In this document: in pieces, positions 47,818-58,133 of the stretch
How the letters are laid out: each line of letters opens with the position of its first letter
Numbering within the stretch: the first letter of the stretch is position 1
NCBI GenBank assembly: GCA_030745655.1
Contig: JASLOE010000001.1
Span: forward strand, 5,351 to 69,350
Length of the DNA stretch: 64,000 bases
Direction: 5' to 3'
DNA from: Nitrososphaerales archaeon
GTDB lineage: Archaea; Thermoproteota; Nitrososphaeria; Nitrososphaerales; JACPRH01
Notes under the pieces: generated by a model
What the model saw: the letters and a program-made list of their open reading frames with translations, nothing else
Told to the model about the DNA's origin: nothing
Database searches by the model: none
Program-made: the position numbers and the translations under genes

Positions 47818-48336
47818 TTAAAGTTTCAGGTCGCCATACTTCTTAATGTAAGAAACTAGCCCGCCTTCTGAAAGTATTTTCATCATTTCTTTTGGGATTG
47901 GAGAAAAGGTTAGTTCAAACCCTTTAGTTTCGTTTTTTAGTTTTCCTAATTCTAGATCTATAGAAAGTTGATCTTTATCCGCAATTTTATCTGTATTACA
48001 CATTATTGCTGGAAGACCTACATTTATTGCATTTCGGTAGAAAATCCTAGCAAAAGATTTGGCAACTACTGCACCTGCTCCAGACATCTTTATCATAATT
48101 GCTGCATGCTCTCTACTTGAACCCATTCCAAAGTTTCTTCCTGCAACAACAAAATCTCCAGATTTGACATTTGAAGCATATTCTTCCCTAGCATCTTCTA
48201 ATGTGTGTTTAGTTAATTCTGGAAGATTTGTTCTAAGATGAAAGTATCGCCCTGGGCTAATATGATCTGTGCTTATTGAATCTCCAAATTTCCACGCAGT
48301 GGATATGAATGGCCATGTTTTTCCTTCCATGTTCAT
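47818..48336 (-). CDS. leuD: 3-isopropylmalate/homoaconitate dehydratase small subunit
   Basis: STDHISPGRY and GRNFGMGSSREHAA. It overlaps the large-subunit gene by 4 nt. Confidence 0.85.
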   Translation of the reverse strand: MNMEGKTWPFISTAWKFGDSISTDHISPGRYFHLRTNLPELTKHTLEDAREEYASNVKSGDFVVAGRNFGMGSSREHAAIMIKMSGAGAVVAKSFARIFYRNAINVGLPAIMCNTDKIADKDQLSIDLELGKLKNETKGFELTFSPIPKEMMKILSEGGLVSYIKKYGDLKL

Positions 48337-49613
48337 AGCATCTCCCTTGGATCAGCTATTTCACCTTTTATTGCGGTCACGGCAGCTGTTGCAGGGGATG
48401 CAAGATATGTTCCAGATAATGGATTACCTGTTCTTCCTTTAAAGTTCCTGTTACTTGTTGTTAATATTCGATCATCATCAGCAGGAACTCCTCCAAGTGC
48501 ACCGAAGCATACTCCACATCCAGGCGGAGTAACTGTAGCACCAGATTCAATTAGAGTTTGAAGTGTCAAATCTTGAACTGCTAAAAGTAACGTTTCTCTA
48601 GAGGCAGGCGTTACTATGAGTTTCGTATTTGGGTTAACTTTTTTTCCTTTTAATATATCTGCTGCTATTCTAAGGTCTTCAATACGACCATTGGTACAGC
48701 TTCCTATGAAAACTTCCTGTATTTCTGTTCCCGCTGCTTCACTCACAGTTTTTATGTTGTCAACAGTGTCTGGAAAAGCGATTGTTGGTTCTATTTCAGA
48801 AGCATCAAACTTCAAGGTTTCTGTATATTCAGCTTTCTTGTCAGGCATTATTTTCTGAAAAAATTTGCCTCTTCCTCTGCTTTCAAGATATTTCTTTGTA
48901 GTTTCATCCGAAGAAATAAGTCCAACTTTTGCACCTGCTTCAACTGCCATATTTGACAGTGTTAATCTTTCATCCATACGCATATTATTGATTGTACTTC
49001 CACTAAACTCAAGAGCTTTGTATGTAGCACCTTCCATAGTTAACTTTCCAATAAAAGTAAGCATAGCATCTTTTGAATATACTCCAGTTGGTAAATCTCC
49101 ATCTAACTTTATCATTATAGTTTCTGGGACTCTCAACCAAGTTTTACCTAATCCAATAGCTACTGCTACATCTGTAGCACCCATTCCAGTTCCAAAAGCA
49201 GCTAAGGCACCTGCTGTTACGGTATGTGAATCTGTACCTATGATTATCTGCCCGGGACTGGCGTAATCCTCGGCTAATACTTGGTGACAAATTCCTCTTC
49301 CCGCTTCAGAAAATCGACTTCCTGTTTTTATGGCCCATTTTCGAAGTTTTTCTTGATTATTTGATATTGTCTTGTTTGGACTTGGGACTGCATGGTCTAT
49401 TATGATTATAGTTTTGTCAGGGTAAGCTGGTTTTTGAATACCCATTGTTCTTAACTGGTCTATTGTAAGTGGACCTGATGCATCGTGAGCAAACATATAA
49501 TCAACATCAGTTACAATTATCTCTCCTGCAGAAACATCTTTTCCCACCTTTCGACTTAAAATTTTCTCACTTAATGTCTTATTCAAAATCAGTTTCCCTA
49601 TCTGATGACGCAT
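48333..49613 (-). CDS. leuC: 3-isopropylmalate/homoaconitate dehydratase large subunit (aconitase family)
   Basis: GTDSHT, GSCTNGR and the Fe-S Cys ligands (GCGVC). The LeuC versus HacA assignment is not resolved. Confidence 0.9.
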   Translation of the reverse strand: MRHQIGKLILNKTLSEKILSRKVGKDVSAGEIIVTDVDYMFAHDASGPLTIDQLRTMGIQKPAYPDKTIIIIDHAVPSPNKTISNNQEKLRKWAIKTGSRFSEAGRGICHQVLAEDYASPGQIIIGTDSHTVTAGALAAFGTGMGATDVAVAIGLGKTWLRVPETIMIKLDGDLPTGVYSKDAMLTFIGKLTMEGATYKALEFSGSTINNMRMDERLTLSNMAVEAGAKVGLISSDETTKKYLESRGRGKFFQKIMPDKKAEYTETLKFDASEIEPTIAFPDTVDNIKTVSEAAGTEIQEVFIGSCTNGRIEDLRIAADILKGKKVNPNTKLIVTPASRETLLLAVQDLTLQTLIESGATVTPPGCGVCFGALGGVPADDDRILTTSNRNFKGRTGNPLSGTYLASPATAAVTAIKGEIADPREML

Positions 49614-49962
49614 TTAGTTTGGCTAATAAAGACTTTCTGCGCACTTATCTTTCACTGAATTAATTTAAATCCGAGCAGAATCAACTAAAGATAAATTTCT
49701 TCAGTAGGTGGATTAAAAAAACTTTTCCAAAAATAATTGAATATATCAATAATAAAAACCAAAAAAATTTGAAATAATAGACAAAAATATGAAATGAAAA
49801 CTATGCTTAAAACCCAAAAGAAAACATACCCGTATTCAGAAGGAGTTTATGGCCTACCAACGATATATGATGAAAAATATCTAAACTGATAAAACGATTG
49901 ATAACACAGAAAAAGCATAAAAGCCAAAGATCTTAAACAAAAAGAATTTCCGATTAATTTAA

Positions 49963-50184
49963 TCACCTCGCAATAAGCTTCTTGAAAGCACCTCTAAGAC
50001 GACCAAAAATAGGTGTAGGAGCACCACTAGATTTAGGAAATATATTCTTAATCACCATTATTTTACCGTCTGAAAATATCCAGACTGGTGACCCAATTGA
50101 AATACCTGAAGAATCCAAGATGGATTGAGGAATATTGATTACCCCCCTCTTACTTAGCCTTACTTTGAATTTTTTTGAAGGCAT
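49963..50184 (-). CDS. AbrB/SpoVT-like DNA-binding domain protein
   Basis: KVRLSKRGVINIPQSILDSSGISIGSPVWIF resembles a swapped-hairpin barrel domain; 73 aa. Confidence 0.5.
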   Translation of the reverse strand: MPSKKFKVRLSKRGVINIPQSILDSSGISIGSPVWIFSDGKIMVIKNIFPKSSGAPTPIFGRLRGAFKKLIAR

Positions 50185-50342
50185 CTACGCTACCCACATA
50201 GTCAGCCCTTAGTAAACAATTTTATTTGTATCAAAAATATCCCTTAAATTGTAAGCTTAAGTAATGGATTAATCAGGCATAATACGAAGTGATTATGACT
50301 TCAACAAGCCTTAAAATGATAGGTGAAAGGTAGGCCACTATC

Positions 50343-50780
50343 ATGGTGAATAAGGAACAGTCAAAAAACCATCTTCAAACATATATTGGGCAAGATGGAA
50401 AAACCAAAAGCCCCAAACTTCTTCAGGGTCTAAAGAATTTCATTATAGATATAGATGGAGTAGTAAGCGAAGATATTCCAAATGAAGAATCTGAAAGGAT
50501 GATTAATGCAAAAGAAATAACTGGGTCCAAAGATAAGATAAACTCATGGTATGAAGAAGGACACATTATCACTTTCTTCACATCTAGATCAGAAGATCTC
50601 AGAGAAATAACGACTAAATGGCTAGATCAACATGAATTCAAATACCATAATTTATTATTTTGCAAACCAAGGGGTGGAAATTATCATTACATTGATAACA
50701 CTGAAATCAGAGCTACGAGATTTGATGGAAAATTTGGAAACTTAGTATACAAGAAAAGAGATATACAAGTTTTTGAATAA
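50343..50780 (+). CDS. Small HAD-like phosphatase (capsule-biosynthesis-phosphatase-like)
   Basis: DxD motif FIIDIDGVV, FFTSRS and a late CKPRGGNYHYIDN. Confidence 0.55.
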   Translation: MVNKEQSKNHLQTYIGQDGKTKSPKLLQGLKNFIIDIDGVVSEDIPNEESERMINAKEITGSKDKINSWYEEGHIITFFTSRSEDLREITTKWLDQHEFKYHNLLFCKPRGGNYHYIDNTEIRATRFDGKFGNLVYKKRDIQVFE

Positions 50781-50886
50781 TGAATAAAAAAAATATTTAC
50801 AGAATCTAATAATCATAACTAACTCATAATCAAAGTTAAAGATTATCTCAAGATAGGTTTAAGGATTCTATTATGTAAGGGGCATT

Positions 50887-51669
50887 ATGGGAAAACTTGA
50901 AGGTCAAGTGGCAATTATTACTGGAGCATCCAGAGGAATTGGTCAAGCAATTGCTAAAACTTTTGGTGAAGAAGGTTCAGAGGTGATTGTAAATTATCTA
51001 AAGCAAAAAAAACAAGCAGAAAAAGTCGTTAAACAGATTCAAAAAAAAGGTGGAAAAGGGTCATCAATACAAGCCGATGTAGCTAACCAAACTTCTGTAG
51101 ATCAAATGGTAAAGCAAGTTATTGATAGATTTGGTAAATGCGACATACTTGTAAATAATGCAGGGATAATGTATCGTGCCAAACCTTTGAGTTTTATTGA
51201 CACAGAAACAGAAGCGATGTTGGAGACCAATGTTAAAGGGGTGATTAATTGCACAAAAGCAATAGCACCAGAAATGATTAAGAAAGGGTCAGGGAAGATA
51301 ATCAACATTTCTTCTATAGCAGGAGTGGGCATAGCTACTTTAGGAACAACAACTTATGCAGCTACCAAAGCTGCAGTCGATACTCTAACAAAGAGATTTG
51401 CATTAGAACTTGGTTCTTACGGAATTAATGTAAACGCCATAGCACCTGGAGTAGTGAAAACGGACCTTATTCTCAAAGGGATAGAACCTAGTAAAGTTGG
51501 TGATTTCATTAAATATTGTGAAGATGCAAGTATGTTGCATAGAATTGGAGAACCTCAAGATATTGCGAATGTAGCTTGCTTTTTGGCATCTGATAAATCC
51601 AGTTTCATGACGGGTCAAATCATCACAGTTGATGGAGGCCGAAAAGATTTCCTTTCCCATTCTCTTTAA
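50887..51669 (+). CDS. Short-chain dehydrogenase/reductase (FabG-like)
   Basis: TGASRGIGQA, NNAG and the YAATKAAV catalytic triad region. Confidence 0.9.
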   Translation: MGKLEGQVAIITGASRGIGQAIAKTFGEEGSEVIVNYLKQKKQAEKVVKQIQKKGGKGSSIQADVANQTSVDQMVKQVIDRFGKCDILVNNAGIMYRAKPLSFIDTETEAMLETNVKGVINCTKAIAPEMIKKGSGKIINISSIAGVGIATLGTTTYAATKAAVDTLTKRFALELGSYGINVNAIAPGVVKTDLILKGIEPSKVGDFIKYCEDASMLHRIGEPQDIANVACFLASDKSSFMTGQIITVDGGRKDFLSHSL

Positions 51670-51790
51670 TTCACTTTAGACAGAATTGTTTCTTAACAGA
51701 ATTTTCACTATTGTAAATCTGTAAAAACAGATGATTACAATTCATAAAGAATCTACACAAATCTAATAAAACAAGATTGCGCTTATATAG

Positions 51791-52570
51791 ATGAATAGAT
51801 TAGCAGAAAAAAGTGTAGTTAGCATTATGGAGTACAAATTGAATAGTAAAGAGATTGCAGCTATGGGGGTTTTTACAGCTTTTGTTGCGGCAGCCACAAT
51901 GGTTGTGAATGCATATGTTGCTGCAACTGGAGGCTACTTTAATGTTGGAGAAATAATGGTGTATACATCCGCAATCCTCATGGGACCTTTTGTAGGTAGT
52001 TTTGCAGGGGGTGTAGGATCAATGATTGCAGATGTTTCTCTTGGTTACACAGTTTTCGCACCAGGCACACTTGTAATAAAAGGAATTGAAGGGTTCATAG
52101 TTGGTTATCTAGCTCAATATAGATTTAGGCCATCTTCGGAAAAAATATTGACAACACTATCTGTGGCTGCAGGATCAATCCTTGCATTATTAGTTTGGTG
52201 GGGAGGAACAGAATATTTCACAGGAAGTTTAGAGTTCACACTTGGAATTGCACCAAGTACCATAACGTGGATAATTACAATTCCTGCGATTTTCTGGGTT
52301 GTATTGGCAATATTGTCATTGACACTCACAGTGTCAGCAGGGTTATACCTAGACCCAAAAATAGGATGGCTTGTAATAGCTATACTCATAGGTGGTGTAG
52401 AAATGGTTGTTGGTTATTACATTTACGAGACAATGGTCCTTGGACATGTATTGGCATTCGCAGAAGTGTTTGTTAACATCGGTCAAGTTACAATTGGATT
52501 ATTAGTTGCCATCCCACTATCCCGAAGTATCAATAGAATAATGCCCAGAATAAGAAAAAATCACACTTAA
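51791..52570 (+). CDS. ECF-transporter S-component-like integral membrane protein
   Basis: Six hydrophobic helices with GPFVGSFAGGVGSMIADV.. and LVIKGIEGFIVGYL, typical of ECF substrate-capture proteins. The substrate is unknown. Confidence 0.55.
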   Translation: MNRLAEKSVVSIMEYKLNSKEIAAMGVFTAFVAAATMVVNAYVAATGGYFNVGEIMVYTSAILMGPFVGSFAGGVGSMIADVSLGYTVFAPGTLVIKGIEGFIVGYLAQYRFRPSSEKILTTLSVAAGSILALLVWWGGTEYFTGSLEFTLGIAPSTITWIITIPAIFWVVLAILSLTLTVSAGLYLDPKIGWLVIAILIGGVEMVVGYYIYETMVLGHVLAFAEVFVNIGQVTIGLLVAIPLSRSINRIMPRIRKNHT

Positions 52571-52624
52571 ACGGTTGAGCCTAAATAGAAGCAATTTAAT
52601 CTATATTTTTGGTGAAAATAAGAT

Positions 52625-53635
52625 TTGAAGCTTCCATTAGGCAAAATACCTTATGACATACTTAAGAAGCATGTTTTGAAGTTCCAAGGATATACGTCTC
52701 CAGAAGTTCTTGTTGGCCCAAAGATTGGGGTTGATTTTGCAGTTGTAAATTTAGATGGTAGATATCTGATTATTTCCTCAGACCCAGTCACAGGAATTGA
52801 AGAAGATATTGGGTGGTATGCCGTCAATGTAAGTGCAAATGATGTTGCGACAAGTGGAACAAAACCAAGATTTTTAAATTCAGTAATTTTACTTCCTGAA
52901 AATTCAGATGAAACACAAGTTAAAAATATCTCAAAACAAATGGATAATGCCGCAAAAAACCTCCAAATGACTATAGTGGGAGGACACACCGAGATTACTC
53001 CTAACTTGAAACAACTAATAGTTGTAACAACAGCATTCGGCATAACTAATCAATATATAACAGCCGCAAATGCAGAAGATGGAGATTACATTTTAATGAC
53101 GAAAACAGCGGGAATAGAAGGAACATCTATACTTGCCAGAATATTCAAAGACCGGCTCAAATCAATAGATAGAAAAACAACACTAAGAGCTTCAGAGATG
53201 ATAAGCCAAATATCAATAGTGAAAGACGCTGCAATCCTATTTGGAACTGGAAAAGTTCATGCTATGCATGATTCAACTGAAGGCGGAATAATAGGTGGGG
53301 TACACGAAATGGCATTAGCATCCAATACTGGATTCAAACTAAACGAGAAAAGCATAGAAGTTGCAAAAGAAACAGATACTATCTGCAACATTCTTAAGAT
53401 AAATCCATCAAAATTATTAGGTTCAGGAAGTCTTTTGGCATCAGTTAAACCTGATGAAATTAATTCAGTAATAAATGAGTTAAGTAAACATAATATTAAA
53501 GGATCAGTAATAGGTAAATTTGGTGGAGAAAAAAAAGAGATAATAAAAAATAATGGTTTAACAGAAGAAGTTCAACATAATGTTATAGACGAAATCTGGA
53601 GGCTTGCAGCACTAGGAAGGTCTATGAATTCTTGA
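52625..53635 (+). CDS. AIR synthase-related (PurM-fold; HypE/ThiL-like) protein
   Basis: N-terminus LPLGKIPYDILKKHV and SSDPVTG..WYAVNVSANDVATSG (PurM N domain), plus a C domain. A TTG start is inferred. Confidence 0.75.
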   Translation: MKLPLGKIPYDILKKHVLKFQGYTSPEVLVGPKIGVDFAVVNLDGRYLIISSDPVTGIEEDIGWYAVNVSANDVATSGTKPRFLNSVILLPENSDETQVKNISKQMDNAAKNLQMTIVGGHTEITPNLKQLIVVTTAFGITNQYITAANAEDGDYILMTKTAGIEGTSILARIFKDRLKSIDRKTTLRASEMISQISIVKDAAILFGTGKVHAMHDSTEGGIIGGVHEMALASNTGFKLNEKSIEVAKETDTICNILKINPSKLLGSGSLLASVKPDEINSVINELSKHNIKGSVIGKFGGEKKEIIKNNGLTEEVQHNVIDEIWRLAALGRSMNS

Positions 53636-55252
53636 TTTACGCCTATTCATAGCAGCAGATACAAGTCCTCTGAAAACCGGTTCTGGGAAACCTGGACGAC
53701 TTAAAAATTCAGGGTGATATTGAACTGCCACAAAGAATGGATGTGATGGAATCTCCAAGATCTCCATTCTTTTTCCATTATCACTACTTCCTGAGAAGAT
53801 CATACCATTAGTACGGAATTGATCAATATACTTCTGATTGAATTCATATCTATGGCGATGACGTTCCCTTATTTGTGAGCTGTTGTATAGTTTGTAGGCC
53901 AAGGTATCTTCTACAATATCAACATCGATACCACCAAGTCTCATTGTTGCACCCATATTCTTAATTCCTTTCTGCTCAGGAAGTAGATCTATAACGGGAT
54001 GAGGAGTCTTGGATTCAAGTTCACTTGAATTAGCTTCAGAAAGATTGCAAGCGTATCGTGCAAACGAAACAATTGCTAGCTGAAAACCAAAACATAATCC
54101 CAGGTATGGCATACCATTCTTTCGCGCAAAGTTTGCTGCAACCATTTTACCTTCACTACCTCTGGCCCCAAAACCTCCTGGAATAATCATTGCATCATAT
54201 TTTGAAAGGAGTCTAGTGGTACTGGCTCTCTTTTCAAATTTTTCAGCATCTACCCAATCAACTCGAGATGTGAAGCCCTTCTCTGCAGCAGCATGTTCAA
54301 GTGCTTCATTAACGCTAACATAACTATCGGCAAGGGATACATACTTACCCACCATAACGACAGACACTTCATCAATGGTGTTTAGAAAAGACATTGAGAT
54401 TTTTGGCCAAGAATCCCACCTTAAATTCCTTACACCAAGATTTAGATGTTCACAGATAGGATCAACTATTCCTTCAGATTCTAAAATCTGTGGAACAGCG
54501 TATATTGACTTTGCATCTTTATTGGAAATCACGTTACTTACCGGTATGTTTGCAAAAAGAGATATCTTTTCTTTTGACTCCTGGAGTAGTGAAGTTTGAC
54601 TTCTAATTACGAGAATATCTGGTTGAATACCAATTCTCCTTAGCTCTTGAACACTATGTTGGGTTGGCTTAGTTTTTTGTTCACCAACTGCGTCAAGTGT
54701 AGGTGCCAAAGTCACATGTACAAATAATGTGTTATGAAGACCTTCTTGATTCCGAATATGTCTAAAAGATTCTAAAAATGGAAGACCTTCTATATCTCCA
54801 ACGGTACCCCCACACTCAACAATCAAGACATCAACTTTAGATTTATTTGCTAAATCGATTATTTTTTTCTTAATTGTATCTGTAATATTTGGAATTATTT
54901 GAACACATCCACCTAGAAAATCACCTTTTCTTTCACGATTAATCACTTCTAAGTAAATCTGGCCAGTAGTAATATTGTGATCTGATGAAAGATTCTGATC
55001 CAGAAAACGTTCATATGTTCCCAAATCCATATCGGTTTCACCCCCATCATCAGTGACAAATACTTCTCCATGAATTAACGGATTCATTGTTCCAGCATCG
55101 ACATTAAGATAAGGATCTATCTTAGCACAAGTAACCTTAAGTCCTGTATGTTGAAGAAGCTTAGCAATAGAAGAAGATGTAACACCCTTTCCCAAGCCGG
55201 ACATAACGCCACCGGTTACAAAGATTATTTTTGGTTTTCTGGGTTCAGGCAC
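53612..55252 (-). CDS. pyrG: CTP synthase
   Basis: FVTGGVMSGLGKG at the N-terminus and a glutamine amidotransferase domain GLCFGFQ..HRHRYE. Confidence 0.95.
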   Translation of the reverse strand: MPEPRKPKIIFVTGGVMSGLGKGVTSSSIAKLLQHTGLKVTCAKIDPYLNVDAGTMNPLIHGEVFVTDDGGETDMDLGTYERFLDQNLSSDHNITTGQIYLEVINRERKGDFLGGCVQIIPNITDTIKKKIIDLANKSKVDVLIVECGGTVGDIEGLPFLESFRHIRNQEGLHNTLFVHVTLAPTLDAVGEQKTKPTQHSVQELRRIGIQPDILVIRSQTSLLQESKEKISLFANIPVSNVISNKDAKSIYAVPQILESEGIVDPICEHLNLGVRNLRWDSWPKISMSFLNTIDEVSVVMVGKYVSLADSYVSVNEALEHAAAEKGFTSRVDWVDAEKFEKRASTTRLLSKYDAMIIPGGFGARGSEGKMVAANFARKNGMPYLGLCFGFQLAIVSFARYACNLSEANSSELESKTPHPVIDLLPEQKGIKNMGATMRLGGIDVDIVEDTLAYKLYNSSQIRERHRHRYEFNQKYIDQFRTNGMIFSGSSDNGKRMEILEIPSHPFFVAVQYHPEFLSRPGFPEPVFRGLVSAAMNRRKSRIHRPS

Positions 55253-55437
55253 ACTTAACCAAGTAGATAGCAGATTATTAATCTTTCTAAGTTTTATTTA
55301 ACAAATTTTTAGATTTAGATGAAGTAATTTATCATATAATCCACAAGAGTTTGTGAAATATATTATATATCCACTACCCAGAATTAAGTATAACAACTGA
55401 ATAATTTATATAAAAAAGATATTAATTAATAACAATA

Positions 55438-56340
55438 ATGGAATCTATAGCTTACTCACCAGGACACATAACTGGAGTAGTTCAACCTTACGAATACCTT
55501 GATGACCCAATCAAATCCGGATCTAAGGGCATAGGTTTCTCGATTCAAAAAGGAGTAACAACACAAGTCAATATTTCACCATCTAAAATTAGTGAACTGA
55601 AAATAGAAATTAATAATCAAATAGCACATAATGCTGTAGTCTCTGAATATGTTGCAAAATCCTTTGCATCTAAAATAAACAGAAACCTAAAAATCAGAAT
55701 AAAACACCAAATTGATATTCCTACTGGATCTGGATTTGGAACTAGTGGAGCAGCTGCATTAAGTTTGGCACTAGCACTTAATCAGATTCTGGAGTTAGGA
55801 CTATCAAGAATTGAATCTGCAAAAGTGGCTCATATTGCCGAGGTAGTTTGTAAAACCGGACTTGGAACCGTATTAGCCGAGTTGAAGGGGGGTTTTGAGG
55901 TGAGAGAAAAACAAGGTGCACCAGGTATTGGTAAGATTTCCAAAATTCCATATAATGGAGATTATTGGATGGTGGCACTTGAACTTGGAACTCAATCTAC
56001 AGAGCTAATGCTTAAGGAACTAAGAAGAAAAAATGATCTAACCAAACTTGGTGAACAATATGTTATTCTTTTTCTTGCTAATCGATCAGTCAAGAATTTT
56101 TTAAACCTCTCAAAAAGATTTTCTCAATTGATCAATACACATCATAAACTAAAAAATGCTGCAAAGGAAGCAGAGGATAGAAATTTTGTTTGTGGAATTG
56201 CATTATTCGGAAATACATTGTTTTCTCTTGTAAGACAGAACGAAGTAAAGGAATTAAAGAGAGTTTTCGCTAAATATAAAGTACATAATGAGAATATAAT
56301 AGTAAGTCAAATCGAAAAAAGAGGTGCTAGATTACTTTGA
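55438..56340 (+). CDS. Pantoate kinase (archaeal CoA pathway; GHMP kinase fold)
   Basis: GHMP motif PTGSGFGTSGAAA. It forms an operon with PPS and panB. Confidence 0.75.
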   Translation: MESIAYSPGHITGVVQPYEYLDDPIKSGSKGIGFSIQKGVTTQVNISPSKISELKIEINNQIAHNAVVSEYVAKSFASKINRNLKIRIKHQIDIPTGSGFGTSGAAALSLALALNQILELGLSRIESAKVAHIAEVVCKTGLGTVLAELKGGFEVREKQGAPGIGKISKIPYNGDYWMVALELGTQSTELMLKELRRKNDLTKLGEQYVILFLANRSVKNFLNLSKRFSQLINTHHKLKNAAKEAEDRNFVCGIALFGNTLFSLVRQNEVKELKRVFAKYKVHNENIIVSQIEKRGARLL

Positions 56341-57119
56341 CAAAAACAAAAATACCGAAAACACATCCTAGGGCAAAATCTCTGCAAGTACGAGAGAAAG
56401 TAAACGAAGGTTATTCTGAAGGAATAATGACAGAGCAGGGATTGATAGCTCACGGTCGTGGAGAAGCTTTTGATTATCTCCTAGGCGAAATAACAATTTC
56501 TGAGGCTGCTATAGCAATCAAAGTGGCAGCTGCTACACTTCTAATCGCTAAAAATCCCATCATTTCAGTTAATGGTAATGTTGCAACATTAACTCCTAAA
56601 GAAGTCGTAAAATTAGCAAAAAATGTAGGTGCAAAAATAGAAGTAAACCTTTTCCATCGAACTCTTGAGAGAGAAAAAGCAATAATGAAAAAATTGAAGT
56701 CTTTTGGCGCAAAAAATGTTCTTGGAATTGGGAAGGAAGCAGCTTTTGAGATGAATGGATTGGAGAGTTCTCGCAGATGGATGGACCCTAATGGCATAAT
56801 GATCTCAGACACTGTGTTAGTACCTCTTGAAGATGGAGATAGAACAGCAGAACTGAGAAAGGCAGGTAAAACAGTTATCACAATTGATCTTAACCCACTA
56901 TCTCGGACAGCCCAAACTGCTTCATTAACTATTGTGGATAATATTGTTAGGGCTATGCCACTTCTTCTTGAAGAAACAAAAAAATTAAAAAATATTGAAA
57001 ATGACATTCTCAAAGATATGATAAAAAGGTTTGACAATAAAGTCAATCTAGGTAAAAGTCTAAGTTATATCATAAAAAGGTTGGAAAAAGATTCAGTTAT
57101 CAGAGTTAATGCTCAATGA
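56337..57119 (+). CDS. Phosphopantothenate synthetase (archaeal, COG1701/DUF137)
   Basis: HPRAKSLQVRE..GLIAHGRGEAFDYLLGE..ISVNGNVATL matches the family signature. It overlaps both neighbours by 4 nt. Confidence 0.8.
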   Translation: MTKTKIPKTHPRAKSLQVREKVNEGYSEGIMTEQGLIAHGRGEAFDYLLGEITISEAAIAIKVAAATLLIAKNPIISVNGNVATLTPKEVVKLAKNVGAKIEVNLFHRTLEREKAIMKKLKSFGAKNVLGIGKEAAFEMNGLESSRRWMDPNGIMISDTVLVPLEDGDRTAELRKAGKTVITIDLNPLSRTAQTASLTIVDNIVRAMPLLLEETKKLKNIENDILKDMIKRFDNKVNLGKSLSYIIKRLEKDSVIRVNAQ

Positions 57120-57973
57120 AAAAGATTAACATTGCAGAAATTCTTCGTATGAAAAATGAAGAGAGAAAAATTACATGCATAACGGCTTATGATTATACAT
57201 CAGCTGCCCTTGTAGGTAGGTCAGGAATTGACTTAATATTAGTAGGAGACTCAGCAAGCATGGTTGTACTTGGATACCAGACAACTATTCCAATAGGAAT
57301 AGATGAAATGATACTTTTCAGTAAGGCCGTTACAAGAGGAAATAAAGGATCTTTGATTGTAGGAGATATGCCATTTATGAGTTACCAAGCCAGTGATGAA
57401 GACGCAGTCAGAAATGGAGGAAAATTCGTTAAAGAAGGATGCGTAGATGCAGTTAAAATTGAAGGGGGAATAAAAATGAAAAGTAGAGTTGAAGCTCTAA
57501 CCCATGCTAAAATTCCCGTTATGGGTCATGTTGGTCTTATGCCTCAAACATCTCCATTATGGAGTGGATATAGAGTTCAAGGCAGAACAGACAAAACCGC
57601 AAAAGAGGTAATTAAGGACGCTATAGCAATTGAAGAAGCAGGTGCATTCTCTGTAGTATTAGAAATGGTCACTAGCGAAGTAGCGAAAATAATTACTGAG
57701 AAGCTAAGCATACCTACTATAGGAATAGGTTCAGGTCCAGATTGTGATGGACAGATAGTTGTGTTTCACGATATTCTTGGTTTATATGACAAGTTTACTC
57801 CAAAATTCATAAAAAAATATGCGAATTTAGGTGAAGATATACAGAAATCTCTCGAATCTTACCGAGATGAAGTTATTAATGGAAAATTTCCAGCTGAAGA
57901 AAATACATTCCACATGAAAGATCACAAGACTAATCCACCGTTGAAACGACGCATCATAAAGAATACTCGATAA
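57116..57973 (+). CDS. panB: 3-methyl-2-oxobutanoate hydroxymethyltransferase (ketopantoate hydroxymethyltransferase)
   Basis: ITAYDY, LVGDSASMVVLGY, VKIEGG and GHVGLMPQ. Confidence 0.95.
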   Translation: MKKINIAEILRMKNEERKITCITAYDYTSAALVGRSGIDLILVGDSASMVVLGYQTTIPIGIDEMILFSKAVTRGNKGSLIVGDMPFMSYQASDEDAVRNGGKFVKEGCVDAVKIEGGIKMKSRVEALTHAKIPVMGHVGLMPQTSPLWSGYRVQGRTDKTAKEVIKDAIAIEEAGAFSVVLEMVTSEVAKIITEKLSIPTIGIGSGPDCDGQIVVFHDILGLYDKFTPKFIKKYANLGEDIQKSLESYRDEVINGKFPAEENTFHMKDHKTNPPLKRRIIKNTR

Positions 57974-58133
57974 TTCACATCTTAATTGTTCGTTGCCCAA
58001 AATATTGGGAAAACAATACTTTAGATAGATAATTTATTTTTTCACCAAGCTTATAAATCCCTTTTTCATATGTTAATGCAAAATGGTTACTGCCTCTACC
58101 GAAACCATAAATCATTCTTTAATGTGATAATGT

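Noticed and set aside
49803-49889. 28-aa ORF (MLKTQKKTYPYSEGVYGLPTIYDEKYLN) in the 349-nt gap upstream of leuC.
   Set aside because: It is too short, with no recognisable motif and no ribosome-binding or promoter evidence. The A-rich gap is more likely promoter or leader sequence.
56474-57046. 190-aa minus-strand ORF.
   Set aside because: It is antisense to the well-supported phosphopantothenate synthetase gene. The same reasoning rejects 15947-16369 (antisense to ask), 58286-58693 (smc), 48865-49266 (leuC), 5951-6268 (E1beta), 52651-53043 (PurM-like), 32079-32423 (L7Ae) and the other short antisense ORFs in the track.
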